From: Octopus sinensis
Lineage: Eukaryota
Assembly (NCBI RefSeq): GCF_006345805.1
Contig: NC_043010.1
Location: 58,280,001-58,344,000 of the forward strand
Reading direction: 5' to 3'
Length of the DNA stretch: 64,000 nucleotides
The position numbers were made by a program, and so were the translations under genes. Every line of letters begins with the position of its first letter. Position 1 is the stretch's first letter. The notes under the pieces were generated by a model. That model was not told where the DNA came from. It worked only from the letters and a program-made list of their open reading frames with translations, and searched no databases. Shown piece by piece: positions 12,366 through 25,816 of this stretch.

Positions 12366-13568
12366 GTTGTTTATATATATTAATATTATACACAAAACAA
12401 ATCCAAGATGGAATCAGTTCAGGCATTTCCACAGCATGGTAACTCTGAGTTCTTTAGCAAAATTTTCTGCTGGTTCCATGTCTTCCTATATGGTATTAGT
12501 GGAATACGTTACCAAAATTTCCTTCCTTTAATAGTCGATATGATCTATGACCTCTACAGTAACGACAGATATTCTGAGCCTTAGAACAATCATTCTCTTT
12601 GAAATGGCATCATATATTTTCTCTGTGTGTCCTCACAACATCATCAGTGGTTCCTATTTATGCTACCCTTCTGTATGTGAGAGACAACTAAGTGAGGAGG
12701 AGAAGGAAAGGTTCACAAATAACCAGCCCTTATGTCACTGGATTGAATTCCATCAATAGTATTAAGCAGATTATTTATTATAAACAGCTGAATGATGAGG
12801 TACAGGCCACTTAACTGTAAGTAGGTACCACAGTGAAGTACAGTCCACCTAATTGTAAAGAGGTACTTGACTTGTACAATCACATAACTATGAATAATTA
12901 TATTTCTACAGGACTAAATAATATGTTATTCATTAGAGATTCATTTAAATTGCTTGTGAAAGTCTACCAGTAATATTCCAAGGTTCGAACTAGGGGTGTT
13001 GGTGGTGATGAGGTACATATATTTTGATCCTAGGGTAAACACTAGTTCCATAGATTGCTGTGCTTCCAAATAAATCTTTGAGAAAATTCTGTGACTACAT
13101 TGTTGTTTAGCCTTAAGTCTAACCCTGTTTTCTCAGACCTATGATCAAAGACGTTCCAGCTATGACCAACCAAACTATATTTTTCGTGGAGTCCATAAAT
13201 ACACCGCTCTCTCTTTTGAAGAGGATAGAGTTTGACTGAATGGAAATTCGACTGCTACTTCTACCAGGTCTCTTCGATTAATCCGTATACGAAGGAATAC
13301 AGTGAAAATATTTCAAGTACCCGAGCTAAATAGTCTGTCTAAGATCAGATTGTCAGAAAGTGAACTGACCAAGCAAGCAAGTTAAAGAAAGTGAAAGAGG
13401 TTAGAGAAGGAGTGGCCTGTTGCTGTGACTGTGACAATACCCTGGTCAAAGCAAAACCCTTTTATATCATATTGCTATTAAGGCAACTGACTTCCCTACC
13501 AACTCCACCAGAGCCATCAATTTTTCGGCACATTATTCTTGCAAGTATTCTTCTCCAAGCAGGCTGTT

Positions 13569-13589
13569 GTTGCTATAGAAACCGGAAAT
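13569..13589. promoter_or_regulatory. Candidate RFX X-box with an abutting ETS site
   Basis: GTTGCTATAGAAAC fits GTHNYY-AT-RRNAAC exactly; CCGGAAAT overlaps its 3' end; unique sequence that retains CpG. Confidence 0.35.
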
Positions 13590-13789
13590 TACATGTAAAA
13601 TTCCCCGATGCCGCTCATATATGATAATCAGCGATACATCAAATCATCTGCACAATACGCAATATCAATTACGAAGCAAGGAACTCACATTAAATATATG
13701 ACCAGCTTTTTGACAATTTTCCTCTAGTGTTATGATTGGTGCATTTATTCATGTGAACAAAACCCTTATACACAGCGATATTATACACA

Positions 13790-14770
<981 letters not shown>

Positions 14771-15379
14771 CTAAACAATACCTTGAACATGCTTGTTTAA
14801 ATAAGTCCATATATTATTAACATAGTAAACCTGCTGTAATTGTAATATAGATTTGCTGAGTAAGTAACATGGTTATCTCCAAGCATGTAGAGGGCTATGG
14901 GCACACCCATCTCCTCTCTTACAGACCATCAGAAACAATGATGACTGAATCCAGCGTCATGGGTTCAATATCCATCTAAGGACAGTTTCAAATTCTTCCT
15001 GGTATTGATATCATTGTAGAATGTAATGAACACCACAACATCCCTCTCTGCTTGGTTCAGTGTTATATAAGAAAACTAGGACCTTCATTGCCCAGACGTC
15101 AATAAATCAATAATATGCTGTACATGCTAAATAAACATACATTAGCCATGCAGTGGGCAGCAAGGGGGGGGAGGCAGTGGCTCACTTTTTCTCTCTCTCT
15201 CTCCTCTCTCTCTAGCTCCCCTATTTATGCAGTCTATGACTAATAGTTATAATAAATTACATACAGGGTTTGTCCCACCTCCTCCATCACCCTTGGGGTC
15301 AGCCCTGTGTGTGGGTGTGAAGGGTGTGTGGAGGGAATCAAGAAGGAGGTCCTTTTATTGTTCTCTGCACATAAACCAC

Positions 15380-15854
15380 ACACACACACACACACAAGCT
15401 TTTACATTCACTTTCAACAGCACATAACCAAATGTACCCCTTTGGACACAACCATACACACACACACTATCAGATATACACACTTGTCTGCACACAAACA
15501 CACACTATCACATACACATGTGCGCGCGCACACGCACACACACACACGTAAATTCACACATGTATGAACATAATCACACATATACATCCTCTCGTATCTC
15601 CACACACACACACAACATACTCTCACAAATGCATACACACACTTTCAACTACACACATCCACAGATACTCCCCAACACGCACCACACTGCATGTATACAT
15701 ACACACATTCACAACCAAACATCCATGCACACATAACTATGCACAACTATTCATACACGCTCACACACACACACACACACAACCATAGATGCATGTTCAG
15801 TTATGTAACAACACAAACCCACATACAGACATACATTACCACACACGCACACAA

Positions 15855-15897
<43 letters not shown>

Positions 15898-15920
15898 CAT
15901 ACACCCAAACACACATATAC
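15380..15920. repeat. Degenerate (AC)n-rich low-complexity tract ending in (AT)n
   Basis: Direct reading. Confidence 0.9.
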
Positions 15921-16320
15921 ATACCTTGCTAACCAATAAACACCCACCCACAATGCTGTATCGACTGATAGACCCCACCTACCCCATTGTAGAAGGGGGT
16001 GGGGTTTCATGAGGGAAGCTGAGAGAGTAAACAAATCTCAGACAAAATAGCAGATCGCATTTAGCACTGACTCCAATCCCCCACCCACCCCCAGGCCAGA
16101 GGTCAAATTCTTACAACAGTTCATTTTGTCATTAGTAACCAGTGTTATAAATATAAACCAGGGAAGGCTGAACTGGTCACCATACACAGCTACAGTCCCG
16201 TTGTACAACAACTCTCCTTTGGTTGTGCATTTAGAGTTTTAGTTGTAATGAATGTGAGTTCATATCTCACCAAAGTTGCTTTTACCTTTCATTAGCCTGA
16301 GGAATTAATAACATGATTCA

Positions 16321-16500
16321 TAAACCAGTATTATCTGGTTCCTGGGAACATTTAGTAGAGTCCGTGCTGTTATTACCCACTTTGGTACCACTACCTGGTC
16401 CTTCGGTACATTTAGTAAAAAACACGCTATTGTTACCCAGCTTAAGATCACCAAGTGGTCCTCGGATAGCTTTAGTACAATCCACTCTGTTCTCGGACAA
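16321..16500 (-). repeat. Diverged 60-bp tandem repeat (3 units), possibly a coding exon
   Basis: Units at 16321, 16381 and 16441 align without gaps at about 60-63% identity; the minus frame gives 20-aa units TK....P....K.GNNS. Confidence 0.75.
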
Positions 16501-17000
16501 AAACTATCTTCCTTTGTCTGACAACTCCCAGAGGTCCTTACAATGTTCAGAGATGCTGTTTGCTTAACTGAGTGAGTCCAGTTAAAACACAAATAAATGC
16601 TAAGCTGAACAACTCACATCACACACGTCTTCCATGTTTTCTAATAATTGAGCTTCACTAATGGAGGTGTGTAGCTTTCTTTTATTGATGTGTTGAGTTT
16701 AAACTCCAACAAGTTGTTGTTCAGCTCTGGGTCAATCCTGATTATGCAAATCTGTGATCAGAGACATTACAGCTATGACTATCCAATCTTTTATTCAGTC
16801 ATAGAGTATCTAGGACTACATTAAATAATGAGTCTCTCCTCTCTCATGAGATGTCATGTTGTGCTTTGAGGGAAATCTGTTCACACTTTCTAGCAGGTTG
16901 AGTTACCAAAATGAAGTTCCTTATAGTTTGGATGATGATGATGATGATGAGTGGTGGTGGTGGTGGTGGTAATGATGATGATCATGCAGGGATTTGAATT

Positions 17001-17056
17001 GTAATTCAAATTTTGTAATTCAAATTTTGTAATTCAAATTTTGTAATTCAAATTTT
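17001..17056. repeat. Perfect 14-bp tandem repeat x4 (GTAATTCAAATTTT)
   Basis: Four exact copies. Confidence 0.95.
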
Positions 17057-17212
17057 GTCATTTAGAAATTAGTAAAATTAAGAGCCTTGGGTGTACCCAT
17101 CGCTCATCCTTTTACTGTTGGTAATTTTTTTATCCAAAGCAGCTCTTCTAATCATAATCAAAACCCCACTGGATTTTCTGAATTCTGTACCCCTAAAAAC
17201 AGTTATAAGAGG

Positions 17213-17600
17213 GGTAAACCCTGTTCATTGTGCAACAGCATCAGTCAGGTCAACTCCATCACAAATCATAACAGAAACGTTATGATTTATGCAACGAGTG
17301 GGACCAGTAAGGATTCCCATTTGGTGTACGCAGCAGAATGCACCAAAAACAACTTGATTTATGTTGGTTGTACAACAGAACAATTAAATAAAAGATTCAA
17401 TGGGCATAGGAGGCACAATAACAGTAATTCAACTGAACGTTTCACAACAAAAAGGCTGTAATTTTGAGGAACACTGAAAGTGCATATTCTCAGAAAATAT
17501 TCTGACCTCAAAATATTCAGTCCTCAAAACACATGAGGAGGATAAATACTTCTGTGAATTACTAATGTCACACTATGGATGAAGCAACAAAATGACAGCA
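17213..17600 (+). pseudogene. Penelope-like retroelement GIY-YIG endonuclease remnant
   Basis: CSLC...HLVYAAECTKNNLIYVGCTTEQLNKRFNGHR, then frameshifted GCNFEE/LKVHILRK and EEDKYFCELL, which is the Penelope GIY-YIG layout. Confidence 0.75.
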
Positions 17601-17844
17601 GAATTCCTTCACATTTACACAATTTAGTTTTGACTAAATGTTCAGTTTCCTGCTTTCTTTCTTTCTTTTTTTCTTCATCTTTTTTGTCACTAGTTATGAA
17701 CAGGCAAAACATGATGTCTTCTATTTTTAGAAAGCAATGCAAGATATCCCACTTCAAATTTTGAATTCCTGCATTTCTGTGTATTTTTCATTTTTTACTT
17801 TGAAGCCAGAGAATACAACAGACATACAGTCAAAATATTCTTTT

Positions 17845-17985
17845 TTACTCGAGGCACAAGGCCCCAAATTTTGGGTGGAGGGGGCCAGTCAATTAGATCG
17901 ACCCTAGTATGCAACTGGTACTGAATTCATCGACCCTGAAAGGATGAAAGGCAAAGTCAACCTCAGTGGAATTTATAGTCAAATC
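17845..17985 (-). mobile_element. SINE, family D (partial)
   Basis: CAACTGGTAC...ATCGACCC.GAAAGGATGAAAGGCAAAGT..ACCTC core shared with 24415, 42575, 49655 and 61225. Confidence 0.8.
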
Positions 17986-18076
17986 ATTGTCCAATTGAAT
18001 AAACAGAGTCAATCTTTATTTTAACAAGTATCATATTATGCACATCTTATTGTGCATTTACCTTTCTTAAGAGTTA

Positions 18077-18085
<9 letters not shown>

Positions 18086-18107
<22 letters not shown>

Positions 18108-18470
18108 GTTTAACATCTGCTTTCCATGCTAGCATGGGTTGGACGATTTTGACTGAGGGCTGGCAAACCAGATGGCTGCACCAGGCTCCAGTCTTGATCT
18201 GGCAGACTTTCTACAGCTGGATGCCCTTCCTAACGCCAACCACTCCGAGAGTGTAGTGGGTGCTTTTACATGCCACCGGCACGGGGGCCAGTCAGGTGGT
18301 ACTGGCAACGACCTTGCTCGAATCCTTTTATACTTGCCACCAGCACATGTGCCAGAAGGCGATTTTGGTAAAGATCACGCTCAAATGGTGCCCTTTTACG
18401 TGCCCACTGGCACGGAAGCCAGTTGGCTGCTCTGGCAACGATCACGCTCGAATGGTGCCCATTAATGGAT
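18086..18470 (-). mobile_element. Family C repeat (RTE-tail type)
   Basis: (CAT)n tail and CTACAGCTGGATGCCCTTCCTAACGCCAACCAC block. Confidence 0.85.
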
Positions 18471-18650
18471 GTCAATTTTCAGAAATTATTATCATTATTA
18501 TTATTCACTGTCTTTGCACAGCTTCTAATGCTGGAGATGTACAACAGTGTCAGCTGTTCACTACCAGTGAACTAAGGTAACACTCCTTATTTTTTTAGCA
18601 CCTTCTGGAGTATTCAAGCAGTCCCAAGCTACTACTATTATTATTATTAT

Positions 18651-20847
18651 ATGAAACTTCACAAGTTATTTTGCTGAGTATGATGGAATGTGTCAACTGT
18701 CCACAGCCAGTAGACTAAGGTGACACTTGTTTAGTGGTCATGATTCAAGAATCCTGCGAAGAATTCTTGCAGTTCCAAGGAGTGGTGATTTTTGTAGGTG
18801 TTCTACTTACACACTTGCACCAATCTTTTTCATCCATGTTGGTAGCTGTGTGCTGATACTTCCAAGTGCACCAATTACTATTGGTATTACGTTTACTCTC
18901 TTCATTGACCACAACCTTCGTATTTCCCGCTTCAAATTGTCGTAGTTGTTTATTTTTTCTTCTTCTTTCACATTGATCCTGCTATGTTGATAATCATGCA
19001 TGTTTTTGTCTTTTATTCACCACAACAATGTCCAGTTTCCTATGTTTGGTCAGGTGATTGCACTGGATCATTACATCTCACAGGATTTTGCAGTTCTCAT
19101 TTTTGGTGACTCCTTCTGGGGTTTTCTCATACCACATCTTTGCTCTTTATAGCTCCCAATGGATCATTCTTGCCACATTGTCATGGCGCCATTTGTGTTC
19201 GTGTTGTGCCAATTTTGGGCATTCACTAATGATGTGCCGTACTGTTTCACCCCTCTCACCACACAGTCTGCATTTGTCACTATCAGTAGTGTTGTCAATT
19301 CTGCACTTCATATAATTGGTCCTTAATGCTTGTTCCTGAGCTGCACATATGAGTGCTTATGTCTCTATCTCCAGGTCACTCATCCTCATCCACAGCCATC
19401 GGACCTCTGTATCTGTCTTGGTGTTCATATCTCTTGCAAACTGACTGTACATTTTTTTACCTTCCACGCCTTTTCATTTTTTTTTCTCTTTTGTTCATTT
19501 CCTGTTTAAATTTTTCTTTAGTTCCACAATTTTTAGTTTTGATGACACTGGTCTTCTTCGTGTGCTTCAACAGTGGCTCCATGGCATTTTTTATATATAA
19601 CCCTAGGCTGTCTTCCTCTGCTTTGATACAGTCCTGGCAACTGATCAAACCTCTCCCATCCTTTCTTCTGGACAAGTACAGCCTATCGGTGTCACGTTTA
19701 GGATGGAAGGCTCTGTGTACTAACAACATTTTTCTGGTCTTGGTATCCATTTTCTTCATTTCTCTCTTTTGCCATTTTATAATTCCTGCTCCATACCAAA
19801 GTGATGATATCGCCTATGTTTTAACTGCTTGGAATTTATTCCATTCAGTCACTTTTGAGCACAGTACCAACCTCAGTCTTCGGAAATACTCCATCCTCAG
19901 TTGCTCTTTCATTTCCTCTTCCATTATCTCATTGCACTCTAGTACACCAAAGTATTTGTATCCTTCCGTTTCAATTTGCTTATTCAAGTTTCTATTTGGT
20001 AATTCTATCCCTGCTAGGGACTGTACTTTGCCTCTTTTTAGGTAGATTAGTCCACACTTGCTCAGTCCAAATTCCATTGTAATATCAGTTTTAAATCAGT
20101 GGACCATGTTCACCAAGGAACTGACTTGTGTCTCATATTTGCCATACAGTTTCAAATCATCCATGAAGAGGAGGTGGTTGATTGTTTGGGATTTTTTCTT
20201 TAGTTGGTAACCCAGGTTCATTTTCCTGAATCTCAAGGTCAGGTATATGATGCAGAGAATAAAAAGTAATGGAGATAGGCTGTCATCCTGGAAAATCCCT
20301 CTTCTGATAGCAAGGGTGCCCAAGCTTTTTCCATAAGATATCAGTTCAGTTTTCCATCCCACCACACTTCTCTTCAGGAAGTATGCTAATTCCTCACAAT
20401 TCCAAAGAGATCTAAGCACTCCATGATCCACGATTTGTTCTCCTTCATTTACAATCTTGGGTTACCATTTTGTCTGTCAATAGTTGATCTTTGGTACCTC
20501 TGCATCTCCTTCTACAGCTTTTTTGTTCCGGCAGTAATATATCATTCTCCTCAAGAAATTTATACAGTTCTTCTGCAATTCCTCCTGACAATAACTTCCA
20601 CATTAACAGGAAGCAGGAAATTGGTCTTTAATTGTCAGCAACATTTCCCTTCGATGCATCCTTCAGGCACAACACTGTTCGTCCTTTTGTCAACCAGCCT
20701 GGGATTTCATCCTCTCTATCGATCAATGCATTGAATAGTTCTGTGATCAATTTATGGTAACTACTGAACTTTTTTATCCAAAATCTCTGTACACCATCAA
20801 ATCCTGCTGCTTTCTAATTGCTTATCTTTTTACTCATATATCTGAAA
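18651..20847 (-). mobile_element. 5'-truncated, frameshifted RLE-type non-LTR retrotransposon (R4/Dong-like)
   Basis: RT motifs KAAGFDG, RPISC, RRGIFQDDSLSPLLF, INHLLFMDDLKLY; CCHC knuckle CRLCGERGETVRHIISEC; RLE end KINNYDNLK...VIPIVIGALG...LLGTARILRR; (TAA)n arrays at both ends. Confidence 0.92.
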
Positions 20848-20848
20848 C

Positions 20849-20888
<40 letters not shown>

Positions 20889-20929
20889 TAGTTTTATTAT
20901 TATTCCGAAAAACTCTCAGATAGTTAATT

Positions 20930-21075
20930 ATTGGTTGTTCTTTACTTGAAAGCAGGCAATAACAAATCACCAAAGGTTTCAATAAGTGCCGTCTCCTGTG
21001 ACTCAAAGAGACAATACTCTCCTTGGAATGCGAGCTGTACCCAAGAATGCTGTCTTCTGGATCACTTCAAGCCTG
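20930..21075 (-). mobile_element. Short 3' end of a second RLE-type element
   Basis: IQKTAFLGTARIPRRVLSL* plus 3' UTR, between two trinucleotide arrays. Confidence 0.7.
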
Positions 21076-21274
21076 ACAGCAGCTATTATCATAATTTTCA
21101 TTATCATTATTATTATTATTATTATCATTATTATTATTATCATCATCATCATCATCATTATTCCTTCGTTTGCACAGTGATGATCTTGTTAACAATGGAT
21201 TGTTTAACTGACACCCTATCAAGTTAAGTAACCTCAAACAGCTCCTGCAAGATATTTTCTGTTTCCATTTTGCC

Positions 21275-21505
21275 TTTTGCAATGTCATAATGCTGGGACA
21301 GATTCCATTTGTACCAAGATGTTTCTGAAGGATTTTCCTCACTGACCCAAGTACTCCAGTCACAATTGGTACCACTCATGCTACCACATGCCACATTCTT
21401 TTGACATTATTCTCAAGTCAACATACTGTACAATTTTCTTTACGATTCATATAATGACACCCCCTGGGAAAGTTACATCAATCAACAAACACCTTCTTAC
21501 AATAT
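21275..21505 (-). mobile_element. Third RLE-domain fragment
   Basis: CLLIDVTFP...KIVQYVDL...VPIVTGVLGSV. Confidence 0.65.
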
Positions 21506-22050
21506 GTTTCCCACCAATGTGCATGGTTTCTAGTTGTGTTATTTTCTGTGTTATATAAATTCGTAAATTCTGATGTTTTGGTTATCTATGAGTCTGTATG
21601 TTTTTTAATCATACCTGATGCACCTATTATTATAGGGGTTGTTTCTGTTTTTAGGCTCCACATTCAGGTTGCCTCTATTTCCAGGTCTTTGTACTTTGAG
21701 TGTTTCTCCATTTCTTTTAGAAATTCATTATCATCTGCTGGCATTGATACATCGATTAGAAGGCATTATTGTTCTTGGGAATCTCTGACAACTATATCTG
21801 GTCTATTAACCTTGATTTCTCTATCTGTATGTATTGGCATATCCCAGAGTATGGTTACTTTTTCATTTTCTGAGACCTTTTCTGAGGTGTGCCTATACCA
21901 TCTTCTTTCTGTTGTCATTCCATGGTGTTGGCATAGCTTCCAGTGTATATAGGTCCTAACTCTGTCATGTCTGTGGATATATTATTATTTTGGTCTAGCT
22001 CCGGTTCGGTCTTATTCCTGGTAGGATTCATCTGGGTAGTGGGATACTAC
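21505..22050 (-). mobile_element. Fourth RLE-domain fragment
   Basis: WYRHTSEKVSENEKVTILWDMPIHTDREIKVNRPDIVV...CLLIDVSMP...KYKDLEIE...PIIIGASG. Confidence 0.85.
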
Positions 22051-22059
22051 CTGTAACCT

Positions 22060-22590
22060 TAGGTATCCACAAGTTTTCTACAGTCTTCCAAGTGCTTATA
22101 CCCTTCCTGATAATCCTTGCTGTCCCTAAGAGACAAACTTTCTGTTGGAGTTCTACTGGGGAATTCTATTCCAATTTCCTTCACCCATTTTTGCTTACTG
22201 TTCCCCAACATACCAATTATTATAGGCACAACCTTTACTGGTCTCATGCTCCAAATTCCTATTTCAAATTTTAAAGGATTGCATGTTTTTCTTCTTTCTT
22301 TCTACTTCTTTATGATCCTGGAATCAAACAGTCATGATGGGTCAATAAGTAAGCATCTTCGTTTTTCCTTATCTACAATCATTATGTCTGGTCAATTATA
22401 TTTTAACTTCTTGTCTGTCTGAATAGGGAAGTCCCACAAAATTTTACACTTCTCCGACTCCAGTACTCTTTCAACTCAATGATTGTACCATGTGTTCCCA
22501 ACTTCAAAATCACCATTTTTTCCAGTGTAAAGCTTTTACAGCCTGGTTGTGTCTCTATTTCTTGTTGCATAGGTACTCTGAGAAAACAAC
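22060..22590 (-). mobile_element. Fifth RLE-domain fragment
   Basis: KCKILWDFPIQTDKKL..PDIM..CLLID..VVPIIIGMLG..LGTARIIRK. Confidence 0.8.
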
Positions 22591-22599
22591 GGTCTCATG

Positions 22600-23420
22600 T
22601 GACCGAAAAGAGGCAGGACTAGCCTACCTAAACAGAAGCTTGGAGAAGAAGCAGGTATCATACCAACAGAAGGTACATGTCCTGTAAGCTAGAAGACAAC
22701 AACAACATTGACAGGAAGAGTCGTTTCTTCTGGACCTGTGATAGATACCTTATTTTGCATCTAGAAGAATAAGCCTTCGTTATCCAGGAACAGGAGATAG
22801 CTAATAAATACCTGATAAACAAGAGGAACAAATATACCGTCAGACTTCCATGCTGTGATAAAGAATGCTGGCTCTGCTACACCAGTGAGGAAGATATCAG
22901 CAATTACCCCAAAAGGTCTATGAGACACTACCTGCCCCTGAGGCATAATATAGTTGCCAACACCATTTACAATGCTGCCTGGAGGAATGGCTACTCTGGT
23001 ATATACATCAAAGCATATGTCAGAACCAGCAGGTATTTACACCTTTAAAAACAAGCAATAAAAACATTAATTCAGTGCAACCATAACAAACCTGATATTG
23101 TTCTGTGGGACAGGGAACAAAAGGGAGGCACTGTTTTTGCGGTCAGCTGTTCAGGGGATGTGAATGTACAATCAAAAGTCCAGGAAAAAGTGAACATTTG
23201 TGGTGAATTAATGTGGAACTTACAGCGTTTGTACCTTGAATCTGAATTCTTATTTGTACCTATCATCATCGGAGCATTAGGTTACGTACTGACAAATTTG
23301 CACAAAAACCTAGAAATACTCAGTTTCAAGGAAAATGAGCAAAATAAACTGATGCGGATTCTCCAAATCTATTATGATACAGTGAAGATTTGTAAGACAT
23401 TCCCTAAATCCTCCATCTGA
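22600..23420 (+). mobile_element. Sixth RLE-domain fragment, opposite orientation
   Basis: RHNIVANTIY...HNKPDIVLWD...FVPIIIGALGYV...KICKTF. Confidence 0.75.
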
Positions 23421-24414
23421 GATTCTTATGTGAATAGATGCACACACTTGGGTGTATGAATCGACAGTTCAACCGCAACACACCAACTCAACCACATCTC
23501 TACAAACTCTGAGCAACTCCCTTTACTCATTAAGTCTTGTCATTTTGTCAGCAACCAGCTTGAACTCTCTCAAGAAGAACTTAAACTCAAAGAAAAAAAC
23601 ATACAAATATACATGTGTGTGTGTGTATGTATGCATGATGTATATTTGATGTATTTGTGTATGTATATGCATAAATATATATATGCATATTTTTATGTAT
23701 ATATATACATATATTTATGTATATGTGTGTGTGTGTGTGTGTGTGTGCATGTGTGTACATGTGTATATGCATGTAGAGATTCCTGCGTTACAGCTTTAAA
23801 TCATTTAAACCAGATCAGTTTAGATAATTAAGAATGATAATTGTCTGATGGTAATTATGTGGGAATGAAATTACTGAGAGTAAATAACAAGTAAGAAGAA
23901 GAATATGAAAATTGAAGTAAAAATTAATATAAAAATAATCGTCATCAATGAGATGATGACAAAGATTCCCCACATGCAGAGACTTGCTGGTCCTCGCAGC
24001 CTCTGCAAGTATAGGAACCATGGTTAGACGTTAAAACGGTGGTGTTGGTGGTGATAATGGTAGGGAGGTGTCTTCGGATGTTGCTCGATCTGTATTTGAC
24101 ACCATTATCATCATTTGTCACTCTGCTTCTCTCTCCCATCATACGAGGACTGGCATAAGATTCAGTCCCATACTTTATTTTTAGACATTGCACATTCTTT
24201 CTTGTATATTCCTTCCCTCATCACTCATATTAACACTCATTAGTCACTTTCTTCTATCATTATTCATCTTCCCAATCTCTCATTCATGACTCTTCCTATC
24301 TCTCATCCTCTTTCTCATAACCCTTTCCTTTATAATTCATTGTTAGCATACATCACACACACTCACTCACTCTCTCTCTCTCTCTCATTACTTCTTCTTC
24401 CCTCAGGTTGTCTC

Positions 24415-24650
24415 CCTTGGTTACTACCTATTTCTTTACTACCCACAAGGGGCTAAACACAGAGAGGACAAACGAATTAAGTTGATTATATCGACCCCAG
24501 TGTGTAACTGGTACTTATTTAATCGACCCCGAAAGGATGAAAGGCAAAGTCGACGTCAGCAGAATTTGAACTCAGAACATAGCAGCAGAAGAAATACCAC
24601 TAAGCACTTCACCCGGCGTGCTAACGTTTCTGCTAGCTTGCTACCTTTTC
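24415..24650 (-). mobile_element. tRNA-head SINE, family D
   Basis: Minus-strand B-box-like GAGTTCAAATTC and core GCCTTTCATCCTTTCGGGGTCGAT. Confidence 0.85.
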
Positions 24651-25244
24651 CTTGGTCACCACCTCACCTCCCATTATGACACTCATGTCGTTTCCCTAGG
24701 GCTGCCTATACTGTCTCTCTTCCATTACTACCTCCTCTGTCATTCATCCATCCCGATCACTCTCTTTCCCCATAATTTCTCTTCTATCAACCCTCACTTC
24801 TCATCATAGGTTTCCTAGGGCTAAACAACTGTAATAAAACAGCACCTTGTTATTGTAGTTGCTTTTATTGTTGTTGTTGTTGTTGTTGTTGTTGTTAGGA
24901 GGGCTCTTGTTGATGTTCTTGTCATTACTTGTGTTGATGTTGTTGTTATTGTTGTCAGCATCATCTACATCATGTTATTCAAAGCAGAATTCTTTGAACG
25001 AAAGGCTGACTACATAACAACACCACCAACAACAACAACAACAGCAATCCATACCATCTCCCCCAACACACACACACACACACACACACACACCAGCTGA
25101 ATTTGCTTGAATTTCAAAGATTCATTCATTCAATGGAATATTTTTCACAAATAACATATATATGCACATTCACACACACATGAAGACATATGCACATACA
25201 CATTTGTATATAAGATCAAAATTTATAAAGAATTAGAGAGACAT

Positions 25245-25311
25245 ATGTGTGTGTGTATACACACACAAATATATATATATATATATACATATATATACAC
25301 ACACACATATT

Positions 25312-25343
<32 letters not shown>

Positions 25344-25380
25344 TATTTATATATATATATATATATACACACACACATAT

Positions 25381-25413
<33 letters not shown>

Positions 25414-25500
25414 TATTTATATATATATACATATATATACACACACACATATTTATATATATATATATATACACACACACATATATATATGTATACATGT
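25245..25500. repeat. Higher-order compound microsatellite: about 7 units of (AT)n(AC)nATATTT
   Basis: Unit of about 28-36 bp recurring with the same ATATTT junction. Confidence 0.9.
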
Positions 25501-25781
25501 GTACATATATAAATACACGCACACGTAAACCGCACACGTGTGAAGAATGTGATCATGTTCAAACATCCCCCATCACTCGCCCCCCTCCCCTGCTACCAAC
25601 TACCCCCTCTCCATCACTCCTCCTCCCCCTCCTCCACTACTAGCTAAACCCCCTGTAGTGTTACACAGCTTTACACCATTATCTCTGACATTACCTGGAT
25701 GCTGACATTGTTGTTTGATAAAAGGACGAGAGAACAGTGGCACATCTATTGTGTGTGTGCATACATATATATATGCATATG

Positions 25782-25816
<35 letters not shown>

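Noticed and set aside
19353-20045. 230-aa plus-strand ORF
   Set aside because: It is the antisense shadow of the minus-strand retrotransposon ORF.
25560-25660. C-rich tracts (also 6850-6880 and 51715-51770) as G-quadruplex elements
   Set aside because: They are irregular low-complexity tracts with no positional or functional context.
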